From Takakia lepidozioides (Eukaryota; Plantae; Bryophyta): a stretch of DNA of 64,000 nt. The stretch covers positions 16,306,001 to 16,370,000 of the forward strand of contig CM060734.1 in the NCBI GenBank assembly GCA_030704615.1, written 5' to 3'. This document shows, one piece after another, positions 23,104 to 34,410 of this stretch (its first letter is position 1; each line of letters opens with the position of its first letter). The translations under genes and the position numbers were made by a program. The notes beneath the pieces were generated by a model. The model made no database searches, was not told the DNA's origin, and worked only from the letters and a program-made list of their open reading frames with translations.

Positions 23104-26100
23104 TTACTCACATGAAAAGTCGTTGTCGACCTGCTTATCTTCGGGATCGTCATCATTTCGAATTTGAATCCGATCAGTCTGTGTGCCTGAAGTGGAGCCA
23201 GACAAAAGGGGGAGGAGCACTGTGTTGTAGAGGTCAGAATCATCCTTCATGCCAAAAAGACTTCTTCCGCCTGTCTTGCATGCATGGTAAGTTGCTCCTG
23301 CACCAGACAGGAGAACATGAATAGTTTGGAGGGGGGGATTTAAGCAGATGAAACTGTTGAAAGAAAACCAATTCGGAAGGGAAAAAACGAACCTGTGGAC
23401 ACAGAAAGATCGACCACCCGTGCAGAGCGGTGGCTGCATGACTCCAGCAGTATTTGCATGAACGCTGGGGACTTTTCCTTTGCACCTCTCCAGGGAGTGC
23501 CATCTGGTCTCTTCAGAGTCTGACTGGACTGCATGAAGTTGTACAAAATGTCATCGACATGGGGCTCATAGGGGGGTTGACGAAACAACCCTGGTCAGAA
23601 ATCTCAAAGCTGCAGATGGAGGATGGTGTCTTTGAGGTGCGAATCCACCGCAGGCAGATCGCCTCGAACATCCCGTCTGCCAAAGATAGCAGGTTAGTGT
23701 GGTAACACAATCTATAGTGAAAGTGTGTACATCGGCTATTCAGAACTCAGACACAAAAAAATCATGAATCGGTGATGATCGGTGTTGATCATAACACATT
23801 CTACTAGAGTGGAGCTGCAGAGAAAATTGAAACTCATGATCAAAGCACAAGCAGAAGGGAGACGGCATACCAGCTGACCAGGGAAACCCCCTTTCACAAG
23901 GTAGAGGCTGTTCACACAATTCCATGTGCGCAAAACTTCAAACCCTGAAGACTTGAGGTATGATGCCAATGCCCGACAACTATCATTGTCACATGACTGA
24001 AAAAGCAGAAGTGTCCCTGCATCAGAGAGGAAGTTGTTACAGAACCCGAACACCCAACTCCAATGTTTGTCCTCGAATTTGTTCCAGCCTGGCGTCTTGC
24101 CCTTTGGAAGAACTTCTGGCACAGCCTGGCCATCCGGGATGTCGAGAATGACAATGTCGGCCGCATACGTTTTCTGCACACCGCACACGAAGGTGGGACC
24201 TGTGCTCACCTGCAACAGACATGTTTTTTATAAGAACGATGGCAAGATTATTTTCAAAAGACGAGACTGAAATACTGCCAACGAAACTTTCAGAGAAAAA
24301 AGAAAGAAACTGGCACCCTAATCCAGGTGAATGCAAATTATCGTTTAAGAATGACACAGACATAGAAGTGAATGTCGTCAACGACATTCACTAATGAAGC
24401 CTAATTATTACTTAAATGAAGCAAAATCACAGGATGGAAATCAAAAAATCGAGTAAGGAACCCTCCAGGAAAACTCAATGCACATTCATAACGAACATAC
24501 TACTAAGGACCTCACAACATCACTGTATGTGAATGGCGTCAACGCCATTCACAAAAATACCAAAAAGAAACCAATTACTTAGCTCCCAATCCATGTAAAT
24601 TCAATTTGTCGCTGTTGAATAATACAGACACAGCAGTGAATGTCGTCAACGACATTCACTTTGGATTTCTCATAACAGAGCTTATCAAGCCTCCAGATTC
24701 CTCGCAAGAGGCAAAAACAATGCAGAACAACTGAATGTCTGCATTGACATTCAGCAAAATGAAGTGAGGAACCCTCACTGTAACCTCTATGGACATTACA
24801 AAAATTTACATAACTCTGAGGACCTCTCAACAACTCCGTATGTGAATGTCGTCAACGCCATTCAAGGACATTATCAATTCTAATCAGGGACACTATAATT
24901 GCACCCTTAGATCCTAACCAGGTGAATTCATATACTCGCTTAAGAATGACTCAGACAAAGAAGTGAATGTCGTCAACGACATTCAATCTGGATCTAAGAT
25001 TGCAATCCATATGAAGCCACATTTTTTCCCAAAAAAAACAGTTAGAGTTTCAAGTATGACATTGCACCTGTACACAACTCGCATCATGGCCCACTCTCCT
25101 CCAACCTGACTGTCAAAGTCGTTGGACCGTAAAATGTTACCATCTTTGGAGAAACTCCCGGAAAAAAAATTTCCAGGTGAGACCTCTCCACTTCCTTATG
25201 TATGCCTCCAATGACATTTGGGGAGGGGAAACAATCGAAATGTTCAGGTCCTTCAAAGTCTGATCCAGCACAATGATGGCGCGCTTTTCGAGCTGCAAAT
25301 AGTATATTTGTTAGAATTGCAAATAAGATACTCATCACATACTTGAAGAGAAGAAAACAACATGTTTGAATACACACCTGACTCCAAAATGTAGCCTTGT
25401 GGAGCCAGTTATCAAACACCAAATCACTGATTCCTTCCACCTTTGTGCCAGGCTGTATGGTGCTCTTTGGGAACTGATTCAAGTCCTTTACTGTTTGATC
25501 TGAGTTCCATATCTCCAGCCACCTTATTTTTGTTTGTGGGTCGACCATCGATATGGCCAGCCGGTGCAATTTCTCCTGCTGCATCTCCGGATGCACATGC
25601 TTGTCATAGTGTGTTTTGATCTGCTGAAGGAACTCAGGACCAAGTCCAGGATCTACTATTCTAAGCTGCTTTCCGAAGGCGGACATCAATTTGGTTCTTC
25701 GCATTTCAAACTCGTTCTTTATTGCAGCTTCCACACCCTTTGATGTCATTAGTTCTTCTGGTGTTTGCGGTAATATTCGGATTTTTCCCTTCTCAGCTGC
25801 CTCTGCCAGTTCTTGCTGCATTGATTCAAGTAGTGATAGCTCCGAAGGGACTACAAACATGTATTCGAAAAGTAAACAGAGTACAGACTCGGGCTTACCG
25901 CATACATGTACTCCAGAAACGCCTCTCGTGTCAAAGAATACCAAGTGCCTGCAGCTCTTCCTGTTTCGCACTTCTTGATGATATTGGGTGGTAGTACTGT
26001 CCGAAAATCATCCAGCTTCATCAGACCAATCCTCTGAATTCGGAATAGTGTGTGAACCAAGCTTGTTGTCACATGCGATTTCTCTGTCGATCTGCAAAAA

Positions 26101-26800
26101 CATTGGAAACATTGCATTCCTTAATACTGTTTTTTGAGGATTAATAAGACACTACAGAGGGAATGAAATCTCCTGGATGACTTACTTGTTCACGTCGTGC
26201 ATAGCTGTAAGAAGCCTAGCGATGTCGTTTCCAGGATCCAAAACCATTGCCTCCACAACAACATGCTTGTCTTTGTCTTTTGCATGGTGTTTCTGAATGT
26301 ATCCCATCCATGCCAGCAATCGGTGGTTGCCGTCCCAGACGTAGAACATGTGGTTGTAGAATTGCTGGGTGTTCTTTCCCATCATGAGGCCCAGCTCGAA
26401 CTCCTCATTGGCATCTTTCCAGCACTCATCCCAGTTATCACTGGTCTCTGGAGACACTAATGTGCTTTTCCCATTTATATCCGTCAGTGACACATAAAAA
26501 ACTTGTGCACCAAGTCTATATCCATGCACAAAATCACTCTCCAATTTTGTTATGTCATGGGAAAGAGGTGGACGCACAACAGGCATTGATATCATCCGGC
26601 ACAGAGGTAGTCAGACGTCCTCCAGATACGAGCTGTCCTTATAACCTCCTGAGAGTTTACCTTCTGGCATGACATGAGTTCTTTCACCTTGTCAAGGTAG
26701 TGCACTTCAGATTCATCTGCTCATCTGTATTCTCTGAGCTTTTTGCGGACTCGTCCCCATCTCCAGATCCTTCCCCTCTGATCCTGTAGGCTTCGACCTC
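23104..26800 (-). pseudogene. Spliced gene for a ParB/Srx-like N-terminal domain fused to a beta-class amino (N6-adenine/N4-cytosine) DNA methyltransferase-like domain; disrupted in this copy
   Basis: ParB-type FYVWDGNHRLLAW (exon ending 26186, phase-2 splice to 26091). Motif IV-like ADIVILDIPDG plus FCNNFLSDAGTLLLF (exon 24209-23871). Motif X/I region WRGAKEKSPAFMQILLESCSHRSARVVDLSVSTG|ATYHACKTGGRSLFGMKDD joined across a phase-1 GT-AG intron (23392-23298), paralleling bacterial HPTQKP..LI..SS..GD.VLDPF.GSGTT..AA...GR..IG.E. Apparent frameshifts near 26620 and 23580-23680. Confidence 0.8.
24367..24986. repeat. Five copies of the 24-bp palindrome GTGAATG(T/G)CGT-CA-ACG(A/C)CATTCAC in a diverged ~270-330-bp tandem unit
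   Basis: Copies start at 24368, 24529, 24636, 24842 and 24963. Arms are 10-12 bp around a CA spacer. Confidence 0.93.
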
Positions 26801-28574
26801 ACAGTTTTCTGCACGATGCCATTCAGTTCTGACCGAGTGATTTGCAAATAGTGAATGGCGGTAACGACCATCACTCTGTCTCAAGGAAACTCACCATGAA
26901 TGGTGTGAAAGAATTCAGCACAATCTACACAAGCAAAGCTGTAATGCCGTATTCAAACAAAAGCGAGAGAGCGAGCGAGAGCGATAGCGAACGGCGTTAA
27001 CGACAATCACAAAAGATAACGACATGTCGGATCGGTGTTGTGTAATGACATATATGTGCAACTGATTGGCGGGCAACGACAACGACATCAGTGTAGTTTA
27101 GGGCGGACAGTAAGTGCAGACTCTCTCTTCAAACAATAGGTACATAAATCTCATGAGGAGAATCGAATGGCGTTACGACGCTCACAATTCAGTTAGTTCC
27201 TGCTAAAGAAGGGAAAGAGGAAGGACTCCTTGAAAGGTAATCAGACAGACTGTATGATCTGAACACCAGTGAATGACTATACCGATAGTCACCAAACTCA
27301 TTGTGCGGTAAACCCTTCGCAGAGGAGTAGAAAGCAACTACCTTTGTGATGGTCGGTAGCGACAATCCCTGTTGGGACATTCCACTCAATCTTACGCATA
27401 TCTTCAACAATGAAATGTAAGTTAGATAAAACTTACTGGCACCTCTTAGGTTTTGAAATTTGATCCCCTTCTGCAGCTTTCCTCTTCCCTCTCACATCTG
27501 CCTGGAATTTCTGTCTGCGCTAGGGTTTCAGGACCTTCTCCCGGTTTGTCGGCGTTCCGCGTGCTTCCACATCCTTCAGTGTCCCTGCAAATCATCTCTG
27601 CCTCCATGGTTGGCGCACTCTTATCGCCAACTGTGTCACAGCCGCTGCCTCAGTCTCCGTCTGCTCTTGTGACTCAGTCTCCGCGTTCACCTGCTGCCTT
27701 GCCCTGTGTTCTCCAACCAGAACGCCTCGTCATTTTCTCTCTTGCTCTGTGTCTCTCTCTAAGGGAAGTAAATAAAGAGACTTTCTTCTCTTTCGTATTC
27801 TAGAAGGAACCCTCTCCAGTGACTTACTACTCTCCCTCTAAGCGCGAAAAGTAGAGAAAACGCAGTGACTCCCGATTTCTTGCGGGATTGCTTGCGTTCT
27901 TGCGTGTCTCTAGAAGCATCGGATTCCCTCTCGCGTGACCGTTACACATAGTCGTTCCCTTATTAGTGCACATGCCAGCAATGGTGTACAGCTGTTCGTA
28001 TTCAGTTATGGATGTCTGACGTGTGTCGCCCAAAAAAAACGGCGTGTTCTTTATTAGAACGGTTTCAATATTTAAAAAAAGCGAATCCCAGAAATTTTGG
28101 CGCGTCTTACACAAAACATGAAATGAACGAGAGTTTGATGACAAATCTTGGAATATCATACACGTCATCCTTGTTAGCCAAACCCACATTCGTTTCACTT
28201 TGGAACTTTCCAGGTGCGCAATAATGGTAGTAGTATATAGATACATTTACTTAATCTGCAATCTCATTCTCAGATCCTGTGGCATGCTTCCAGGAAGTCG
28301 GCTTGTTTTTGGGTTTATTGATGAGGTTCTGGTTAACGGTTTTTACAGCTGCCGACACTGCACCTAGGGAACTCTGACCACTGGGCCCACAAGAAAAGTA
28401 ATTAAAATGGACGGCTGGACTGGCATATCTGGGAAGAATAACATAATATGCACAGTCGTTATCTGAGCTTCCTCCGCCATCTCTGGCTCATTCTTCAACT
28501 GTGTTCTGGAGACAATCAGTAAACCGATTACACTAGGATCTGCGATAGCAGGTACAAACGTACGCGAGGAGGAC

Positions 28575-31500
28575 GATGGCTTCCTCTGAAGCGGAGTTCT
28601 TTCTGACAACAACCCAGTGCCGTTTTTCTCCAGGAAGTCCTTGACAATGGATTTGCAATTGTTCTGGAACATGTCTTGGCTACCCGTTTTCAGCTGCAGA
28701 ATGGCTCCATCTTTTGGAGAAGAAGAGGTGTACGATCTTAAAGGGAAGTTGTTGAAATATTCTTTCCAAAACCGGATGAGACGGCTCATATCAGCCAGTG
28801 GAGAGTGCGTCCTCGATACAGAGTACTTAGAGAGCCTCGGCGAAAGTCCCTTGGGTCATATGTGACGCCCGGACTGCTGCTCGGTTGTTGAAGACAAGAG
28901 GGAGGTGGTGGTGAAAAAAGAACAGACGTCCTCCACTCCAATCGTTGAGCTTTCGGATTCTTCCGATGATGACATAAGTGAAATTCCAAATCTAGTCCTT
29001 CCTACTGTGGTTGGAGAAGCTGAGAAGAGAGTTTGTAGTGTCATTCCAAATTGCGGGCGATGGGAGGAATGGCTGGATTCAAAAGTGAGTTGCGGGGAAT
29101 TGATTGGAATCTTTGAAGCAGGTGCCTGTGAAGTTCTTGTCGGAGACTTTTGATGGCGATATCCTATTCGAGCTGCCTCCTCCTCCGCGAGTTGGAGGTG
29201 TGGAAACAATCATGATGCATGGAATGGACAAGAAACACGACGGGCACCCGTGGTGCAGAACAAAAACATCCAATATTCAGAATGATGACAAGCTTGTTTT
29301 CAGGAGGACAGTTTGCAATGGACACCTTAGTGTGTGATAATTTGAATTGCAGACACTTTCTTCAGTCTGGGGTTCATAATCAAAGCGAATGGGAGGGTCT
29401 GGCGGAAAATCCATTTCAGCCTGGGATTGCCCCTCCACCGGCAAACACTTTCGTCTGCAAATTCTGCAAACTTGTGCCATCCTGTTTGGCGCTCTGCGGA
29501 GCAAGAATGTACTATGTTGTCCACCGTTTGAATACAATGACGAGAGCTTGTGTGCATTTTGGATTCCATAACCATCCTGTCTCGAAGGGGGATTACAGGG
29601 AGAGTGTTGAGACAGTATCGAGGTTGATCAAACAGGAGTTCAGGAGAAACCCATCCGCAACAACATCTGCAATTGCTCTTGGCGCAAGCAAGTCCTTCTT
29701 GGAAAGCCATATTTTGAGTGAAGGAGATTCTGTGGGGACTAAACTTGACGGTGCAGCATTGGACCTGGTCATGGATCATTTCTCCACTTTAAGTTCACCT
29801 AACATTCGGCATCAGATCAATGCATTGAGAATGGGCTCTGGGATCAGAGGCTACATAGACAATATTTTGGAATTGAAACGAGTGAGTAAGTACGATTACA
29901 TCCAGGACAATGTATTCCCAGGTCAAGGTGCCATCAAAGTTTTTCTTTTCAACTGTTGGGGAGGGCAGTGGGATTAGCCTCGTGAAGCGGATGCAGAAGA
30001 CTGGGGACTTGCAGAACTGTTTTCTTATGTTTGATCATGTGAAACGAGTGAAGGATTGGACGACAATGGCTTGTCATGTCTACGATCCAGTGTACCAACG
30101 AGTTATGACAATTGCAGTTTGTGACATGCAATCCGAGGATACGGAATCCCAGAAGCTCATGTGGAATTCCCTGATACGTGTCATGGGCTACCATGGGCTG
30201 CCATCTCCAAATTTCGCAGGTTTCATGGCGGATAGTGCTCAAGCAAATTTCAATGCTGTTCGTATTGTCTTCGGATCGGGCGACCCAAAAGTGCCTATGC
30301 CAGGAAGAGAACGTACATGTCTATTCCATTGGACACAATCTCTGGAAAAACATACAAAGTCGGACATCAAACCAGAGATGCAGACTCAGCACCGTAAATT
30401 AAAGAGTACAAAGATGCTAGAATAATGAAGGAGGCGGACACTTTGTTCCAGACAATTCGTGCATGGTGGTTCTCTTCTGGAGCTGCATCACTTGAGAGTA
30501 TGAGAGCATTGGAAGATTGGCTGGCGTTTTGGCACTTCCGGTATAGACAGTGGGGAGCAGCCATGACAATGGTACGAGGCTTCTATTTCATGCTTTATTC
30601 ATACATTTGCTTTCCATATTTTTGACTCATTGCTTTCTTTATGTTGTTTCCTGTGCACTGTTCTGAAGTGTGGTCATCCTCTTTGCAGAACATGTCCATT
30701 GAGAAAATGGCGGACATGCCATCTTGCAATTTGGCAGAAACTGTGCACAACGCATGGTTGCAGCAGTCTGGGAAACGAGGTCGGGATTTGTATGTGGCAA
30801 CAACAGATGATTTGATACGTGCCTTGCAACAACAAACCCAATACCGTGATTTCTTACGAGGTGGGGTTGGTGGCAAGGGTCCGGACAAATGGGAGTTGAT
30901 GTTGCGTGCTGCAAACAGATCTGGGGATCCAATCAAGATAGCACGGGTGGTGAGCATGTATGCCCAGGGAACGCCACTTGTTTCTAGAGTTCCACATCTT
31001 GAAGGGGAGGAGAGATTCGGCTCCTGTAAGAGGAAATTGAACACTCCACCTGGTTTGGATTCAGATTCCCACAGGGCAGACCGTGATAACTTCTCGAAGC
31101 CTCGTATTCCCCTGCATGACAGCTCCATGTCCGGAACCTCCATTGTGGAGGAACCTCCAACACGACGGCAAGCTCCAGCATCAAACAGTGCCACTGAAAT
31201 GGTGCAGGAGAGAAACAACCCCCTTGATGTGCTTGAGTCCGCATGCCCCGACCACGTTTGGCACATAGAATGCACAAGTGTAGGGTCTCGTGTGAAATGT
31301 ATAGCGATCAGGGCAACTAATTTTGAGAAGTGCACTTCATCTATATCCAGAGGTGGTGCCCGAACTCCTGCTCCGACTTTCACGGGCTTGATGCGTCCAT
31401 ACGGTCAACCAGAAGCCAAGAACCACAAGTTCTGGTTCTGCGCAGATGATTGTGCCAGATGTGTGCATGGAATTGTGCGTCCTTCCGTAGTGATGAAGCC

Positions 31501-32074
31501 AACTCCTCCAACCGTTTGGCCCGTGAAGGTGGGAACACATCTCAGCTTTCAAGAGATTGAAATGCTGGAGGAGGCAGGTTTTTCCCTTGCGAGACAACCC
31601 CAATTCCATGCATGTGCTACTAATTCTGCATCCTCCTGGGTCCCCCCGGCAAATCCTGACTTGTGGCTAACCAAACGAGATGGAAAGCTCGTTCGGCGTT
31701 TCCCTCCAACCGCTGAACACTTTGGCAAAGTGGAGTCCGCAAGAATGCTCCAAGCTCGTGTTGGAAGCACCACGGAAGTACCCGATCCAAGATATGGTCG
31801 GGTATTCACAATCATCACTTCCACATCTGCTGTTCATGACAGGACCTACGACATCACGGTTTCCAATTTCCCCAATTGCACATGTCCTGATTTTGTGAAT
31901 ATGCTATCAACCAGTTTGGGCAAGAGAGGTAAATTCATACCCTGCAAACATTTGTATTTCATATTTTTGAGGAGGATGGTTTGCAATCCCAAACGTGACA
32001 ACTTCATTCACCAGGCCACTATGAGTTTCAACGAGGTCGATACTCTTTTGCAGCGGGATACAACACATGGGTAG
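28575..32074 (+). pseudogene. MULE-type transposase A (GCM/WRKY-like Zn domain, DDE core, C-terminal SWIM finger), frameshifted
   Basis: WCRTKTSN..C.GHL.C...C..CKFC..C..HFGFHNHP (GCM-like). MFDH, FMADS, CLFHW (CxxH) and CNLAETVHN (D-D-CxxH-E). CTCPDF..CKH (SWIM). GT-AG intron 30572-30688. Confidence 0.85.
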
Positions 32075-33144
32075 CATGAACTATGTAATGTGGTATGTGG
32101 ATGACCATGATTTGAAATGTGTAATTCACATCAATTCGTCGGTTGTGCAATGATATGGCCTCCAACTATACGGAGTGAGCTCTGAGTGACAACTTTTAGG
32201 TAGTGCACATTTGTCATTGCACCGTTCGAAGTCTACATGTCTTGCTGTCGCTATGCACTACAATCATCTTTTGAAGATGATCCTAACTCTCATTGTTATT
32301 TGAGGAGGGAGGAAGGTCTTCCCGTGGCAGCCTTTATGGCGCACACTTTGTGAGGATATTTTGTCGTCCTCGTAATTGTAAAAGTGAAACAAGCATTTGT
32401 AATTGCACAATGTTGGATGCTGCAATTGTAGGCCTCAATGCTCGTCTTGATTCTATTTAGGCAAGATTCCCTGCATTAATTCCACGGTCATAGGACCATC
32501 CACGGTTATAGGCGGCGCATGTTAATGGTGACGTGGCAGATGACGGACAGTGCCATGTCATCATTTACCGCCACATCAGCATGCTGATATGACGCTCACG
32601 CCACATCAGCGTGTGTGCAGGCTCACGCCACGTCAGCTGGCGTGAGCGTACGCTCACGCCACGTCACTCCTGCGTGAGCGTACGGTCGCGGGCTCACGCC
32701 ATTGCGTCGTTGCTCAAGAGGTGGTGTCAAGCATCCCATATGCCAACCCTTTGAGCATCGATCACACACCAGCATGGTGGCTGCCCCTTTGGCAGACCCA
32801 CAGAGCATGCACCTCAAACCTGCAGGTACCACTGCCAAGTTTGGGTCAACTCTGCCATCGACATTGGGAAGGTGACATGGCGCACAATTATGCACATGGT
32901 CCTTCCAAGTCATGCCATCTTGACCCTCTAAGATCAGGACCCCTGAGGGCAACACCTCTCGAACCCTCAGAATAACACGCCCTGCAGTAACATCCAGAGT
33001 CGTAGGAGCAGTCTGCTACCAGGGCTAAACCTCCGAACCCCAAGCAGGTCCTATAGGCGAGGATTGCAGGAAGAGGGCATATTACCGTGGACAAAACAAA
33101 GGGGGCCACCATGCACCATGTCTGCAATGCCTGCACAAAAAGAG

Positions 33145-33810
33145 TGTCGTGCGCATACATATCGCTACACAACTACATCATTGTCCAAAACCACACAACA
33201 CATGTGCACACCACACACTAGTATACCACTAGTCCACCACTAGTCCAGCCACTAGTCCAACCACTAGGCTACAACTAGTCAGTCACTAGGCTGCCACTAT
33301 GCTGCCCACTATGGCAGTCACTAGCCCACACAATACAAATCTGAAGCATAAACTCATGCATATATAACCTCATCACTCAAATACAAGTCAAGCCAAGTGC
33401 ACCCCACGCCATGGAGAATCCACACTACGGCGCCATAGCTAGGCGCGGTGAGGCTCAACTCGAGAAAGATGAGCCTTCCGCGCTTGCCGTGAAGATAACC
33501 ACTCCAGGCCTAAATCTGCCTTGACCCCTGGATTGACACTTGGGCCAATCCCAAATGTCAATATGTAAAAGCTAGCTTATTCCTAGCTAGTTTCACACTA
33601 GTGGTAAAATAACTTGACAGCTGTCGTGCGCATACATATCGCTACACAACTACATCGCTGTCCAAAACCACACAACACATGTGCACACCACACACTAGTA
33701 TACCACTAGTCCACCACTAGTTAGCCACTAGTCCAACCACTAGGCTACAACTAGTCAGTCATTAGGCTGTCACTATGCTGCCCACTATGGCAGTCACTAG
33801 TCCACACAAT
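33145..33810. repeat. ~190-bp direct repeat (33145-33334, 33622-33810; CACTAG subrepeats) flanking a 285-bp LTR-like segment (33335-33619)
   Basis: The two 190-bp copies are near-identical. 33335-33619 is the reverse complement of 45685-45970 and begins TGTCAAG on the minus strand. A purine tract (AGGGGGCG, minus) lies at 33811-33818. Confidence 0.85.
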
Positions 33811-34121
33811 CGCCCCCTAGCTGGTGCTTAGGTCCCTCTAAGTCCAGGTAGCCACAAGATGTGATAGTGACCATAGTCTCACTAAGTCCTCCACCACTAT
33901 CCCTACTACACTCAAACTCGATAGATCAAGAGGCCGGGTGCAAGAGTTGCCCCATCGTTAGTCGCCGTCTTGCAACCTGTGAACTTGAGTTTGGGATCTC
34001 ATGTATTGACTCCTATGAGCTTGGCCTCCCATGTCTTGTTAGCTGCCTCCAGTCATGTCCACTACCACTATCCCAAGCAGTGTGGACACAACCAATCTCC
34101 GTCAGGAACCTTCTCAAGAGG

Positions 34122-34410
34122 CAGGGATGCCTCGGCGTGAGCCTGGTCACGTGAGCGCGTGAGCGCGCTCACGCAACTGCGCTCACGCCACGTCACCTTG
34201 CGCAAATGCCACGTCACGGGGCTCACTCCACGTCATCACACGTGAAGGCCGCGTCACCACGCGCCCAGAAAGAAGTGGAGTGTATTCCCGCGGATTGGCA
34301 CCCTTTACCGCGGAAACAAGCTGGACGACATAATAAAAGGCATTGAATAAAGGATGGATGAATGTACAGTTGGATGATAAACAGATGGATGAGTGTGAAA
34401 AATGAATATA
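34122..34410. mobile_element. Displaced left terminus of MULE A
   Basis: Begins CAGGGATGCCTCGGCGTGAGCC directly after CTCAAGAGG (34113-34121). Has the same GCTCACGCCACGTCA subterminal repeats as 32590-32700 and a GGATGAATG-rich tract like 22360-22420. Confidence 0.8.

Larger units (their letters stand above)
22274..32712. mobile_element. Mutator-like (MULE) DNA transposon A: transposase plus ParB-like/methyltransferase cargo gene
   Basis: Left end CAGCGTAGCTACGGCGTGAGCCC (22274). Right end reverse-complements to CAACGACGCAATGGCGTGAGCCC (32712). Subterminal GCTCACGCC/GGCGTGAGC repeats. The 9-mer CTCAAGAGG after the right end pairs with a displaced left end at 34122, not with the 22274 flank. 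Confidence 0.75.

Noticed and set aside
24367-24986. CRISPR-like appearance of the palindromic repeats
   Set aside because: Spacers are 83-182 bp, irregular and partly homologous to each other. There are no cas genes and the context is eukaryotic.
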